64,000 bases of DNA from a virus: positions 11,595 through 75,594 of the IMG/VR virus record IMGVR_UViG_3300033145_001598; one strand, written 5' to 3'. Position numbers and translations under genes: made by a program. This document shows, piece after piece, positions 30,362 through 39,088 of the stretch. The notes under the pieces were generated by a model, which saw only the letters and a program-made list of their open reading frames with translations, was not told where the DNA came from and did not search any database. The stretch's first letter is position 1. The number at the start of each line of letters is the position of its first letter.

Positions 30362-31068
30362 TACAGCTCTAGGAACTCTTTCATGTATGGTAGATCAGCT
30401 ATCCATTTACAGATAGAATATTTCTCTGATTCATACTTCCATTCAGGGAGTCTATGAGCTCGGCGTTGTCTAAACATACTCATTGCTGTCTCATAGCTGA
30501 ATGTCATGGTAGCTTTCTGTAGATAGCCTTCGGGGAGTGTAGCTTTCAAATGACAGTGTAGTTTATTGCTTTCTTCTTTAGCTTGTACACTACGCAGTAT
30601 AGATAACTGGCATATTTTGTCGATTAGATTATTTAATGGTTCTAGTGCTGTTTCTGACAGGGGATATTCAAAGTCTTTAGCTTGTAGCTGTCTGTCAGTC
30701 AGTTTATGCATAGTAGAACAGCTGTTCCTAACTGTAGCTACCTTGTAGGTGTCTACTTCTGTCCATACATACCTTGGGAGTGTAAAGTCAACCCAGATCA
30801 TTATCTGTCTGAGGAACTTACGATGTTCAGAGCCTCCCTTAATGAGCTTCTTAGCTAGGACGAGATCTAAGGGTCCTATGAATGGTGCTTCTGGTGCAAG
30901 AATGCTATGGTCTGGTCCATAAAAGGAAGAACGCCAGGCTTTTCCTTTGGCACGAAGATTACTTGGTCCAAATACACTGTCATTTTTATCCCAGCTATTT
31001 TTAGGGTTACGCATTGCTTTAGCTATTGCTTTACGGAATCCATATACTTCTGTATCTTCAATCTTCAT
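30361..31068 (-). CDS. Conserved phage protein, ThyX-like fold suspected
   Basis: MRNP.NSW, HRKFLRQI, PRY.W.E.DTY, SCSTMH, LPEG, QRR.HRLPEW; canonical ThyX RHR motif absent. Confidence 0.55.
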   Translation of the reverse strand: MKIEDTEVYGFRKAIAKAMRNPKNSWDKNDSVFGPSNLRAKGKAWRSSFYGPDHSILAPEAPFIGPLDLVLAKKLIKGGSEHRKFLRQIMIWVDFTLPRYVWTEVDTYKVATVRNSCSTMHKLTDRQLQAKDFEYPLSETALEPLNNLIDKICQLSILRSVQAKEESNKLHCHLKATLPEGYLQKATMTFSYETAMSMFRQRRAHRLPEWKYESEKYSICKWIADLPYMKEFLEL

Positions 31069-31323
31069 CTTCTTTTTTGTTTCCTAAAAGCCAGGGAGGT
31101 GTTCCATCTTTTTCTTCTGGTGTAGGCACAGAAGGAATGATTACGCCGTTTTCATCTGTCTGGTGTGCCATCTCTGTCATTACATCTGATAACAGATCGG
31201 CCAATTCTTCTATCGTTATGGAAGGTCCAGCAAAGTAGAGTGAATATTCCTTATTCTTCTTGTCCCATTTGATAATGAGATGTGTTTTGTCCTTTTCTAA
31301 AGTATCCATCATTGTATTATAGC

Positions 31324-31860
31324 TTAAATATCCAAGTCATCTAATCTATCCAGTAGATCTTCATGCATGTTTATCTTACGAGGACGTTTAATCTTAGTAA
31401 TTTTAGGTGTTTCCTCTGGTGAGACTGGATTATGTGTTAGTAAATCTCTGAGTCTTTCTCTGATTAACACTCGATCAACACTCCTCCCAGCAGACCAGTT
31501 TACAATACGATAAGGAGGACTCTTATGTATCTTGCTACGTACTATTCGTGCTAGCTCAGATAAAGCCAACTTTTTACTTCCAAACTCATAAGAAGAAGTA
31601 GCTGCAGCATCTTTACTTAACTCTCCAGATACAGTTCCTATTCTTCCATACGTAGAACAAATCCTATACTTACTGGTAGTTGTCTTCATTACATAAGAAA
31701 CATATCTTTTACGATGAGTACCTTCAATACAATCCATTGATATGGAAGCTATACTACGGGCAAATACACTATCAGATACACCATTACTAATTCTCTTTAT
31801 ATCATTATAGTAGTCCCACTTGCGTACTGTAGTTGTAGGTGGTGCTGGATTAGTAGGCAT
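31324..31860 (-). CDS. WGR-like domain protein with acidic tail EDLLDRLDDLDI
   Basis: YGRIGT...F...A....I..K..K..Y pattern of WGR domains. Confidence 0.55.
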   Translation of the reverse strand: MPTNPAPPTTTVRKWDYYNDIKRISNGVSDSVFARSIASISMDCIEGTHRKRYVSYVMKTTTSKYRICSTYGRIGTVSGELSKDAAATSSYEFGSKKLALSELARIVRSKIHKSPPYRIVNWSAGRSVDRVLIRERLRDLLTHNPVSPEETPKITKIKRPRKINMHEDLLDRLDDLDI

Positions 31861-31879
31861 TTATTGATTATCCTCTTGT

Positions 31880-31965
31880 GAACAGGACAAGATAGTTAGA
31901 ACCCAGAGTCGAAAGGAGGTGGAAAAAGCACTCTAGGGTGGCGCACTTTGTATCAAGTCCTGTTC
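31880..31965. ncRNA. Intergenic extended hairpin
   Basis: gaacaggac/gtcctgttc 9 bp, gata/tatc, accc-agagt/actct-a-gggt. Confidence 0.45.
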
Positions 31966-32164
31966 GGTATCGTTTAAAGTTCAAGCTCTTTTCTAGCATG
32001 CTTTTCTACTGACATCAAGAACTTTGCTACGTCTGCTTCGTCATCTAAACAACAGCTTTCACACTCACTGATTGCTTCTCTTACTATCTGTAAGGTCGCT
32101 TGGATATCTTCTTCAATGATCTCTTCAATGGTTACTGTTAGTTTATTTCTTGCCATCTTGTTCT

Positions 32165-32520
32165 TCCTTATAGAAACGCATGTCTGGACTTTATTAACTA
32201 GCTGCAACTTGGTCAGGCATCGAACTCTAGTAACTTGGTCTGTCTTACATGCTGCCCACAGGTTAGTCTGTAGAACACTATTCCTATTTTCCTATTATGG
32301 GACTAATCTTGTTCTTAGCAGGCGAACCGCCTTACTTGTTTTGCAGTAACAGCTCACCAGAACTCGCTCATTCGTTTCCCGTTCTACCTGTCTGGCAGGG
32401 CTGTATCTCTCTCGTCAGAGTGATCACGGCGGGTATGTTTCGCTTGGAGCTATCACTGCAATTTTGAATCAAGTAGGAGACCTTACAACCATACAGACAA
32501 CCTCCTACCTGATCCTTTAT
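32165..32520 (-). ncRNA. Large structured ncRNA candidate
   Basis: 15-bp stem 32341-55/32447-61 and 13-bp stem 32467-79/32502-14, both with G-U pairs only on the minus strand; internal tetraloop hairpins. Confidence 0.55.
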
Positions 32521-32524
32521 CTCT

Positions 32525-32767
32525 CTAGAGATTGCAACCAATGATGCTGAAATCATAGGCACCACGTGAGTAGTTGGCCTTGTAGGCTGCAATCGTACCA
32601 CCTGTTAGGCCCAGTTTGCAGATGATATCCGTAGTGGTCTTACCTTTACGGAGCATCTTTACTACCTCGTAGGTAGCTCGTCCGTATTTTTTACGGAACA
32701 GGTTGCGACATGTCCTGGTTGTAACTGCTTTTTGTGCTGTTTTTTGTGTCTTTGTTAATTTTGCCAT
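32525..32767 (-). CDS. Small basic putative DNA-binding (HTH-like) protein
   Basis: MLRKGKTTTDIICKLGLTGGTIAAY resembles an HTH. Confidence 0.5.
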   Translation of the reverse strand: MAKLTKTQKTAQKAVTTRTCRNLFRKKYGRATYEVVKMLRKGKTTTDIICKLGLTGGTIAAYKANYSRGAYDFSIIGCNL

Positions 32768-33647
32768 TTGTTTCTCCTATTTTTTGTTTTCTCATCTCAA
32801 ATATTTTGCCTTTGAATCGACGGAGACCATCTCCTTCTTTTCTTTTAAGCAATATTTTTTCAGTATGTTCTTCCCAGTATGGTTTCAGTCCATTCAGGGT
32901 ATTTATATCATCATGGTCTGTCTTCCTAAAGGAAAAGAGATATTGATACATCTGAACATGTGTATCTCCATACTCTAATACTTTCTCTAGATTAAACTTG
33001 AATCCTGACTGTCTAGCTTTGATCATATAGAAGGCGGGAATGATAAACCCTCTACCCTGATCAAACAAGCTTAGTGTATTAAAAGTACTATCTAGAGCAA
33101 CTTCCCATGTAAGGTGGTGAACAATAGCACTCTCTAACTTGTTATAATCACATGGTCCATTCATATGTTTAGACAAGTCAAACAAACTACTTATGTTACG
33201 TTCTCTGCCCTTTTCATGATTGATATAGCATACTCCAACAGGTGACAGGTGATTTAATAGCCCGTCAAATATTTTTATTGCTTTACCAGAAAATGGGCCG
33301 CAGGTATCTATGTCAGCCAGGTCAAATTTCCCATCCAGAGACTTGTTTTTCCTCTTACTGTGGACAACAGTCTCCAATCGGCCTTTGATTACTTTTATGC
33401 CGTGTAGTTCATTCCCCGCATTATCCCAAAACTGAGACAGATACCTGCTATCCCTCTCTACTCCAACAATCGAGCTTGGTTTGGCTATCTGGGCGTCAGT
33501 GAGCATCTTCTCAAAGTGACCCTGACTACCTGGAAGTGTTAGACATCTAACATTGTTCCCGGTAAGAATTCTCTTAGCATGTACGAGCTTTAGTCTCCTA
33601 GCATACTGTTTGTTCTTACCTTCCCAAGTTTCATATTGATTGGACAT
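32691..33647 (-). CDS. Putative SAM-dependent methyltransferase-fold protein
   Basis: CLTLPG, IVGVERD, FDLADIDTCG. Confidence 0.5.
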   Translation of the reverse strand: MSNQYETWEGKNKQYARRLKLVHAKRILTGNNVRCLTLPGSQGHFEKMLTDAQIAKPSSIVGVERDSRYLSQFWDNAGNELHGIKVIKGRLETVVHSKRKNKSLDGKFDLADIDTCGPFSGKAIKIFDGLLNHLSPVGVCYINHEKGRERNISSLFDLSKHMNGPCDYNKLESAIVHHLTWEVALDSTFNTLSLFDQGRGFIIPAFYMIKARQSGFKFNLEKVLEYGDTHVQMYQYLFSFRKTDHDDINTLNGLKPYWEEHTEKILLKRKEGDGLRRFKGKIFEMRKQKIGETNGKINKDTKNSTKSSYNQDMSQPVP

Positions 33648-33658
33648 GCTTTTTCTTT

Positions 33659-34018
33659 CTAGAAAGGTATGCCATCGTTATACTGTTTTCCCTCAGCAGG
33701 TGTGTTTTCTGCTGGAGTTGCATTGAGTACCTGCTGATACTCTGCGAGAACAATCTCATTCAACTGTTGAGACAGTTCTTTATTGAGACAGCGGACCTGA
33801 TCATAATACTCAGTCTGCTTGATGCCTGTCTCAGCGTTGACCTTCTCTTGTTGACGGTTTGGAAGGCGAACAAAGTCACCATTTTTACCGTGCATGACCG
33901 TGAATCGTACTTCTACTGCGTTGGCGATGATGACAGAGCCATTGGCCTTCAATGTTCGGTGCTCTTTCTTCAAGGGCCAAACCTTAATGTTGCTAAACAA
34001 ACCTGTTTCGTTACTCAT
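33659..34018 (-). CDS. SpoVG-like nucleic-acid-binding protein with SSB-type acidic tail
   Basis: LKANGSV...VMHGKNGDFVRLP...EYYDQV...VLAEY; ends NDGIPF. Confidence 0.8.
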   Translation of the reverse strand: MSNETGLFSNIKVWPLKKEHRTLKANGSVIIANAVEVRFTVMHGKNGDFVRLPNRQQEKVNAETGIKQTEYYDQVRCLNKELSQQLNEIVLAEYQQVLNATPAENTPAEGKQYNDGIPF

Positions 34019-34249
34019 TTCTTTTCTCCTGTTAAAAATAATCTAGCAGCAATTGATGCAATTGCTATTACTATTACTATTTGCATTCTCTCTCCCGCTT
34101 ACGGGAGCGTGGTTTTAACTATTTTTTCTATCTTTTTTTGTCGTTTAGTAGACTTTGTCCCTCCCTTTACTTTCTTCAGCCTTTATCTCTTTCAATTTAT
34201 AAGAGTTAATACACTACGCTTATCCGTTGCTTTCTACCAAGCGTGTTTC

Positions 34250-34672
34250 TTAATCTGGTGTTGGAAACTGTAGAGATCTTAAGGTTGAGATAATTGCTAG
34301 AAAACTATTTTCCCTAACTGCGTTCTTATCGTAGTCTTCAGCTTTATGGTTTAGTTTTTTAGCTGGTGGATATACGTCATTGACCCACCTCTTAAACTCA
34401 GCTCCTGTTACATCAGAGAGCTCCTTGTGTTCTTCTCTTATTTTTTTATCATTCTCATCATAGATAGGTATGCCTACCCATGTTTTGTTCTTAGTCTTGT
34501 CTGTTAGGCTTTTAACAATAGCTTTCCACTCGTCCTTTTCTTCTCTGTCTTCAGTAATGGTTTCAACCATATCTTTGAGCAGTTCTTTAGTGTCTCGTGT
34601 AAGTTTTTTTTCTTCTACCTCTCCCCGAAGATCATCTATCTCAAGGTCGAGTTTCTCCTTTTTCTTTGTCAT
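34250..34672 (-). CDS. Hypothetical protein
   Basis: 140-aa ORF. Confidence 0.55.
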   Translation of the reverse strand: MTKKKEKLDLEIDDLRGEVEEKKLTRDTKELLKDMVETITEDREEKDEWKAIVKSLTDKTKNKTWVGIPIYDENDKKIREEHKELSDVTGAEFKRWVNDVYPPAKKLNHKAEDYDKNAVRENSFLAIISTLRSLQFPTPD

Positions 34673-34943
34673 TGTCTTTCACCTTCTGGCACCTCTAGAC
34701 CTAGGTCGTATAGTAATGCCTGTGCTAGCTTTCTTTGGTATGAAAAGAGAAGATGGCTTAATTCTTGTCTTAACTATTAAACCTATCTCTTCATTCTTTC
34801 CTTCCACGAACTGATATCTTACTGCCTGTGGTTCGCCGCAATGATTACACCAATATTGACTTAGCATTGTTGCTTTGTCTGGATTAGTAAAATCACTAGG
34901 CTTACGTAACTTTACTGTTTTACAGTTATCTTTTTGGCACTGG

Positions 34944-36047
34944 TCACATTGTATTACTATTTCCTTTAGCATAAATTCTCCTGGCTAGGTCCAGGATCCA
35001 TTCTTGATTGTTTCTTCTAGCTGTGTCTGAGTTCACTGCTCCTAATAGATTAGCGTACACCACTCTCATGTCTTGTTCTGGACCTACCACTTTTATTAGA
35101 TTTTCCTCCCTTACGTTTAGATCTTCTCTAAATATAAGTAAACTTGAACTTGTTATTTCTTCTATCCTGTCTCGTAATTCTTTCATCTCTCTAGTAATAG
35201 TTGGTTTATTCTTATTAGCTTTGTTCCCCTGTCGATCAGCTGCTCTTAACCTGAAGAGATCTTGCCATCCTTCTTTACCTAGCTTAAGGAGCCACTTTCT
35301 AATAGATTTCTCTTTACTAATACTAGCGAACCTAAACATATGATGTCTAACTAGGTTAACTATGTAACGAGTATCTATTTCTGAGAATTTAAATCGTCTA
35401 CAGATATGATAGGCTGCTGTAGCACCAACCACATCATGTCGATGAAAGGTAATTCTCCCGTCACTCTCTTCATTTATGGTATTTGGTTTTCCTATGTCGT
35501 GGAGGAGTATAGCCCACTGTACTATGGGCCTATAGTTTCTAGCATGTTCTAAAGACCCTATTAGATGTTCAAACACGGTCTCTTGATGATGACCTCCCCC
35601 GTTTATATCAACACAGTCTTGTAGTTCAGGTAGTATTTTTGCTAGCAGACCTGAGTCCTTAATGGCTAACAGGAATTCGGGACCCCATCCTTCACCAAAG
35701 ATGAAAGACATGACTTCCCTCATGTGACCTATTGGTATATCTGAGAGAGCATCTATCGATACAATGCTCTGCTTCTCCGGACCCACTACCTCAAGGTTGC
35801 CTACGCTCTCTGCTATCCTAGACGGCTTCCATGGTGATGCCATAGGGAGCATCCTCTTAAGGTGACGTAGGGTGGTGTTCACCACGAACGATAGTGTCCT
35901 TTTTCCAAAAGCCAGAGGGTTGGCTTCTGGTCTTATCAGATATACTTCTACCTTTTCAGACCTGAACAGGTCTGCTAGCGTTTCTATGTCAGCTGGGTGA
36001 TTAACCCTCGACATAGTCCTTCTTCTTTCTTGAAACATCTCCAGCAC
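34944..36047 (-). CDS. HD-domain protein related to the body/tail of class II CCA-adding enzymes, without nucleotidyltransferase head
   Basis: GLLAKILPEL, HH.ETVFEH, LLHDIGKP, FHRHDVVGA, LVRHHM, AADRQG; no GGxVRD/DxD motif. Confidence 0.8.
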   Translation of the reverse strand: MLEMFQERRRTMSRVNHPADIETLADLFRSEKVEVYLIRPEANPLAFGKRTLSFVVNTTLRHLKRMLPMASPWKPSRIAESVGNLEVVGPEKQSIVSIDALSDIPIGHMREVMSFIFGEGWGPEFLLAIKDSGLLAKILPELQDCVDINGGGHHQETVFEHLIGSLEHARNYRPIVQWAILLHDIGKPNTINEESDGRITFHRHDVVGATAAYHICRRFKFSEIDTRYIVNLVRHHMFRFASISKEKSIRKWLLKLGKEGWQDLFRLRAADRQGNKANKNKPTITREMKELRDRIEEITSSSLLIFREDLNVREENLIKVVGPEQDMRVVYANLLGAVNSDTARRNNQEWILDLARRIYAKGNSNTM

Positions 36048-36244
36048 TGTCTATAAAATAATCATATTGCTTTCGAGTGTTCTCGAATTCTCTCACCAGC
36101 TGTGCTCCTTGTAACCAAGCTACCATAGAGCTATTTGCTTTAGGTTGACCTTCATAGTTTAAAAGGATCGCCCCACTTGTTGTGAAAATATATTCGGCTC
36201 CCTTTGGCGGCCTAGCTAACCCAATTTTGAAGAATTTTTCTGAG

Positions 36245-36442
36245 TTACTCTTCATCGCCTTCATATACCTTGATTCCATCTAACTCTACATAATATTCAG
36301 GCTTACGTTGAACCTCTACTTTTGTACCAAGAGCTTCTTCAAAGGCACGAGTAATTTCTTCACAAGAAGCATCTTCTACTCCTTGAACATCAATATGAGT
36401 GTTGCCTGCCTTGTCGATTCTAAATGTAATTTCTCTAGACAT
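36245..36442 (-). CDS. DUF2997-like small protein
   Basis: ITFRIDKAG...DVQGV...SCEEITRAFEEALG......KPEYY. Confidence 0.8.
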   Translation of the reverse strand: MSREITFRIDKAGNTHIDVQGVEDASCEEITRAFEEALGTKVEVQRKPEYYVELDGIKVYEGDEE

Positions 36443-36845
36443 TTCTTTTGTCCTTTACTTTCTTTTTCACTCTGAAAGTTACTTCTTTTTCGGGGTTTAG
36501 TTTATTACACCATTTTGGACATCGGCCAGCATAAATATGATCGATTACCAAAACTTGACATATTTCTCCATGAGATAATTCTGCTTCACTAACGTCAATG
36601 TCTCCACTTAAAGTTCTATTACGAAGTCCATTGGGCATTTGAGCATACTCAAAGAGCCTATGATATGCTTGAAGTTTACCTGTTCTTCGTTCAAACCTAT
36701 CTAATGGAGAACACATTGAGATAGCATAGTAAAACATGTTGTTAACATCTCTTACTCCAGCTACCACTGCAGAACCTTTTCCTACATTAAAGTAGGCAAA
36801 TCTAACTTCTGGTGCTAGCTCTTTTCTCTCTTGTCTAGTTTCCAT
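36435..36845 (-). CDS. Phage hypothetical protein
   Basis: SMCSPLDRFERRTGK..A..RL motif. Confidence 0.55.
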   Translation of the reverse strand: METRQERKELAPEVRFAYFNVGKGSAVVAGVRDVNNMFYYAISMCSPLDRFERRTGKLQAYHRLFEYAQMPNGLRNRTLSGDIDVSEAELSHGEICQVLVIDHIYAGRCPKWCNKLNPEKEVTFRVKKKVKDKRNV

Positions 36846-36898
36846 TTATTCCTCTAAAAATTTATTCCAATTTTGCCTCTAAAAGGGGCTTGTTGCTT

Positions 36899-37300
36899 TT
36901 AGAAAGGTGATGTTACTTTCACAAAGAACTCGCCGTCTCGCTCTTCCTCGCTTGCCACAAAGAAATTTCTTTCTGAAGCCACTTCCTTGATGACTTCACA
37001 AGCATATCTTTGCTGCAATTCACCCTGCCACTGTTGACCAAACTTACGGCCATCTGTGTCTACGTGCAAAGTATAGGTACCATCGGTTTGTTTCTCAAAG
37101 CCAAGGTCACTATTATAGTTTCCAACGCCTTTGACTCGAATCTCTGCTTTCTTGCTGTGGGCAGTACCACCATAACCTCTAAGGGTCTGTGGTGTATCAA
37201 ATACTTCGATATTGTTCTCCTGAAGACCCATCTTGACTAGGGCTTTCACCAAAGCTTCCTTCTTCTGAAGCTTCGTAGAGATCTTGCTGTAATGACTCAT
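36899..37300 (-). CDS. DUF1257 (Ycf35-like) protein
   Basis: MSHYSKISTK....LVKAL..MG, LRGYGG, DLGF....DGTY.L..D, LQQRYA. Confidence 0.85.
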   Translation of the reverse strand: MSHYSKISTKLQKKEALVKALVKMGLQENNIEVFDTPQTLRGYGGTAHSKKAEIRVKGVGNYNSDLGFEKQTDGTYTLHVDTDGRKFGQQWQGELQQRYACEVIKEVASERNFFVASEEERDGEFFVKVTSPF

Positions 37301-37579
37301 AATCTGTCTCCTTTATTAGTTTTGTGTTCTGACACTGTTCTTCAACTGGAAGACTCATCCAGTCTACGAGTTTTAAATTTATATACTTTTCTTCTGATTC
37401 TGGATAAGGGTTTTCTCCCCTGTGAACCCAAGTTCTCTTGATAGTACTTTCAATTGTATATTTAGCTCTTGCCGTGTAGGCGCCTTGAGTGTACCAGTCG
37501 ATGACTGATTCGAGGGAGGACATGTTTTGTTTATCTCCAATTTCTTCTAACCAAACTACCTTAAAATACCTTAAGATTT

Positions 37580-37608
37580 ACTTTACTTATTTCCGCTATA
37601 GAAGTCAA
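37580..37608 (-). promoter_or_regulatory. Sigma70-like promoter upstream of the DUF1257/DUF2997/HD gene run
   Basis: TTGACT-17 nt-TAAAGT in an intergenic gap. Confidence 0.6.
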
Positions 37609-37619
37609 GGACTTCTTCT

Positions 37620-38639
37620 TTATCCTATGTCTTGTATGACTGCTGCTAGTCGAGCTCTTGTGTCCCTAAAGAGATCAAGATAACGCCCGACTTCACACTC
37701 GGCCAAGTACTTTTGAAAAGTTGGCAAGTCTTTTACTGCCTCTAGAATAGATTGTGCAACATGTAGCTTACTTGCTGTTTCTTGGTCTTCATATTGTTCT
37801 TCAATAACACTAATGATTCGGTTGGGGAGGAAGTCTGCTTCTTGGATAAGATTGCGCGCTTCATTTGCAGGATCATCTACTATGAGAGCAGATGCTTCTA
37901 GTATTTTAGCAATTCCTACTTCAGCGGCCTCTTTAGCTTCTCTGACAGCTTGTCTAATGGCATCGATTTCAATGTCCCCTACATGGACAAACCTTGTAGC
38001 TCCAGTAGCTAGTTTGTCTAGATAGTCATAACAAGCATTGGATGTTCCTCCTCTAATAGTCGGTTTAATCCAGATGGCACTCATGCCTGTTTCACTGTTG
38101 ATTATGTTAACACCAGCCCAATATATCTGACCATCTTGTTCTACCTGAAGATCCTTGTACAAAACCCTAAGCATAGTAAAGTCATCTGTCTTATCGAATG
38201 TTCTGAGATGAATATTCTCTAAGTTTTCGTCTTTTGACTCTGCTTGCAATGCATCTAACACTTCTGGAATCAGAAAGTTATCGTCGATTGGACTATATCT
38301 ACTGGAAAAGATGGCTCTTACACGATTATCAATATATCTAAAGAGAAGCTCTTTACCATCATTCTGTCCAATCCAATAGTTGATGTTGACTGCTTGGAGA
38401 CCATTTGGGCATCTATGGAGATAGCTAGCGGGGATTCTTAAACGACTAAGGAGTTGGCCTTCTGCATGGGTTGAGATATCTACTGGCTCAACATGTAGTT
38501 CAAAGTTTTCATTTTCTTCAAGACGAAGAAGACGACCAATATTTGTGGTAGTATCAGTACATCTCTCTGCATAGTCAGTAACTGCTTCTAGAATCTTTTC
38601 TTTTCTCTCTCTAGATGTCCTGTAATTCTTCAAGAGCAT
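37620..38639 (-). CDS. DUF932-like protein
   Basis: QL.SRL.IP..Y..RCP, VRAIFSSRY..IDD, NSETG.SA. Confidence 0.6.
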   Translation of the reverse strand: MLLKNYRTSRERKEKILEAVTDYAERCTDTTTNIGRLLRLEENENFELHVEPVDISTHAEGQLLSRLRIPASYLHRCPNGLQAVNINYWIGQNDGKELLFRYIDNRVRAIFSSRYSPIDDNFLIPEVLDALQAESKDENLENIHLRTFDKTDDFTMLRVLYKDLQVEQDGQIYWAGVNIINSETGMSAIWIKPTIRGGTSNACYDYLDKLATGATRFVHVGDIEIDAIRQAVREAKEAAEVGIAKILEASALIVDDPANEARNLIQEADFLPNRIISVIEEQYEDQETASKLHVAQSILEAVKDLPTFQKYLAECEVGRYLDLFRDTRARLAAVIQDIG

Positions 38640-38656
38640 TATTTTCTCCGGTTATC

Positions 38657-39088
38657 TCAATAAACTGCGTATGATTTTTCTTCTATGATTTCAGAGCCAA
38701 CTAGCTCATTGATCTCCCTCTTAATTCGAGCTCGTTCATCGTTATTCATGTAGACTGATCTTGCTAGTATAATAAACTCTGCGTCAAACTTTTCCTTTTT
38801 CTCGAGCTCTCTAACTTGATCTTCTATCACCCAGAGTCTCTCATTAACTTTGGTTAATTCTTTTTGTAAAGCAGGAATGTTTGGATCATCTGGAAGCTCT
38901 TCAGCAGCTTTTTTTAGCTGAATCAATTCTTTGTCTATGTTATAGAGCTTTTCAGGTTCCTTTATTCTTCTAGACTTAATTTGTAAGATAGTTATTTTAT
39001 CTAGAAGTTCACCTGCGCTCACTTCCACCTTAAGAATCATTAAAATGTCAGCCCCCTTGTAAAGATATCTAGACGCTCGCCTCTCCAT
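38657..39088 (-). CDS. DUF6165-like protein; start probably about 39040
   Basis: VSAGELLDKITILQIK...VN.RLW.IED..R...LARSVY..NDERA.IK..IN...GS..IEEKSY. Confidence 0.8.
   Translation of the reverse strand: MERRASRYLYKGADILMILKVEVSAGELLDKITILQIKSRRIKEPEKLYNIDKELIQLKKAAEELPDDPNIPALQKELTKVNERLWVIEDQVRELEKKEKFDAEFIILARSVYMNNDERARIKREINELVGSEIIEEKSYAVY

Noticed and set aside
32368-32601. 77-aa minus-strand ORF
   Set aside because: Overlaps the 32525-32767 gene out of frame and runs through strongly base-paired sequence better explained as ncRNA
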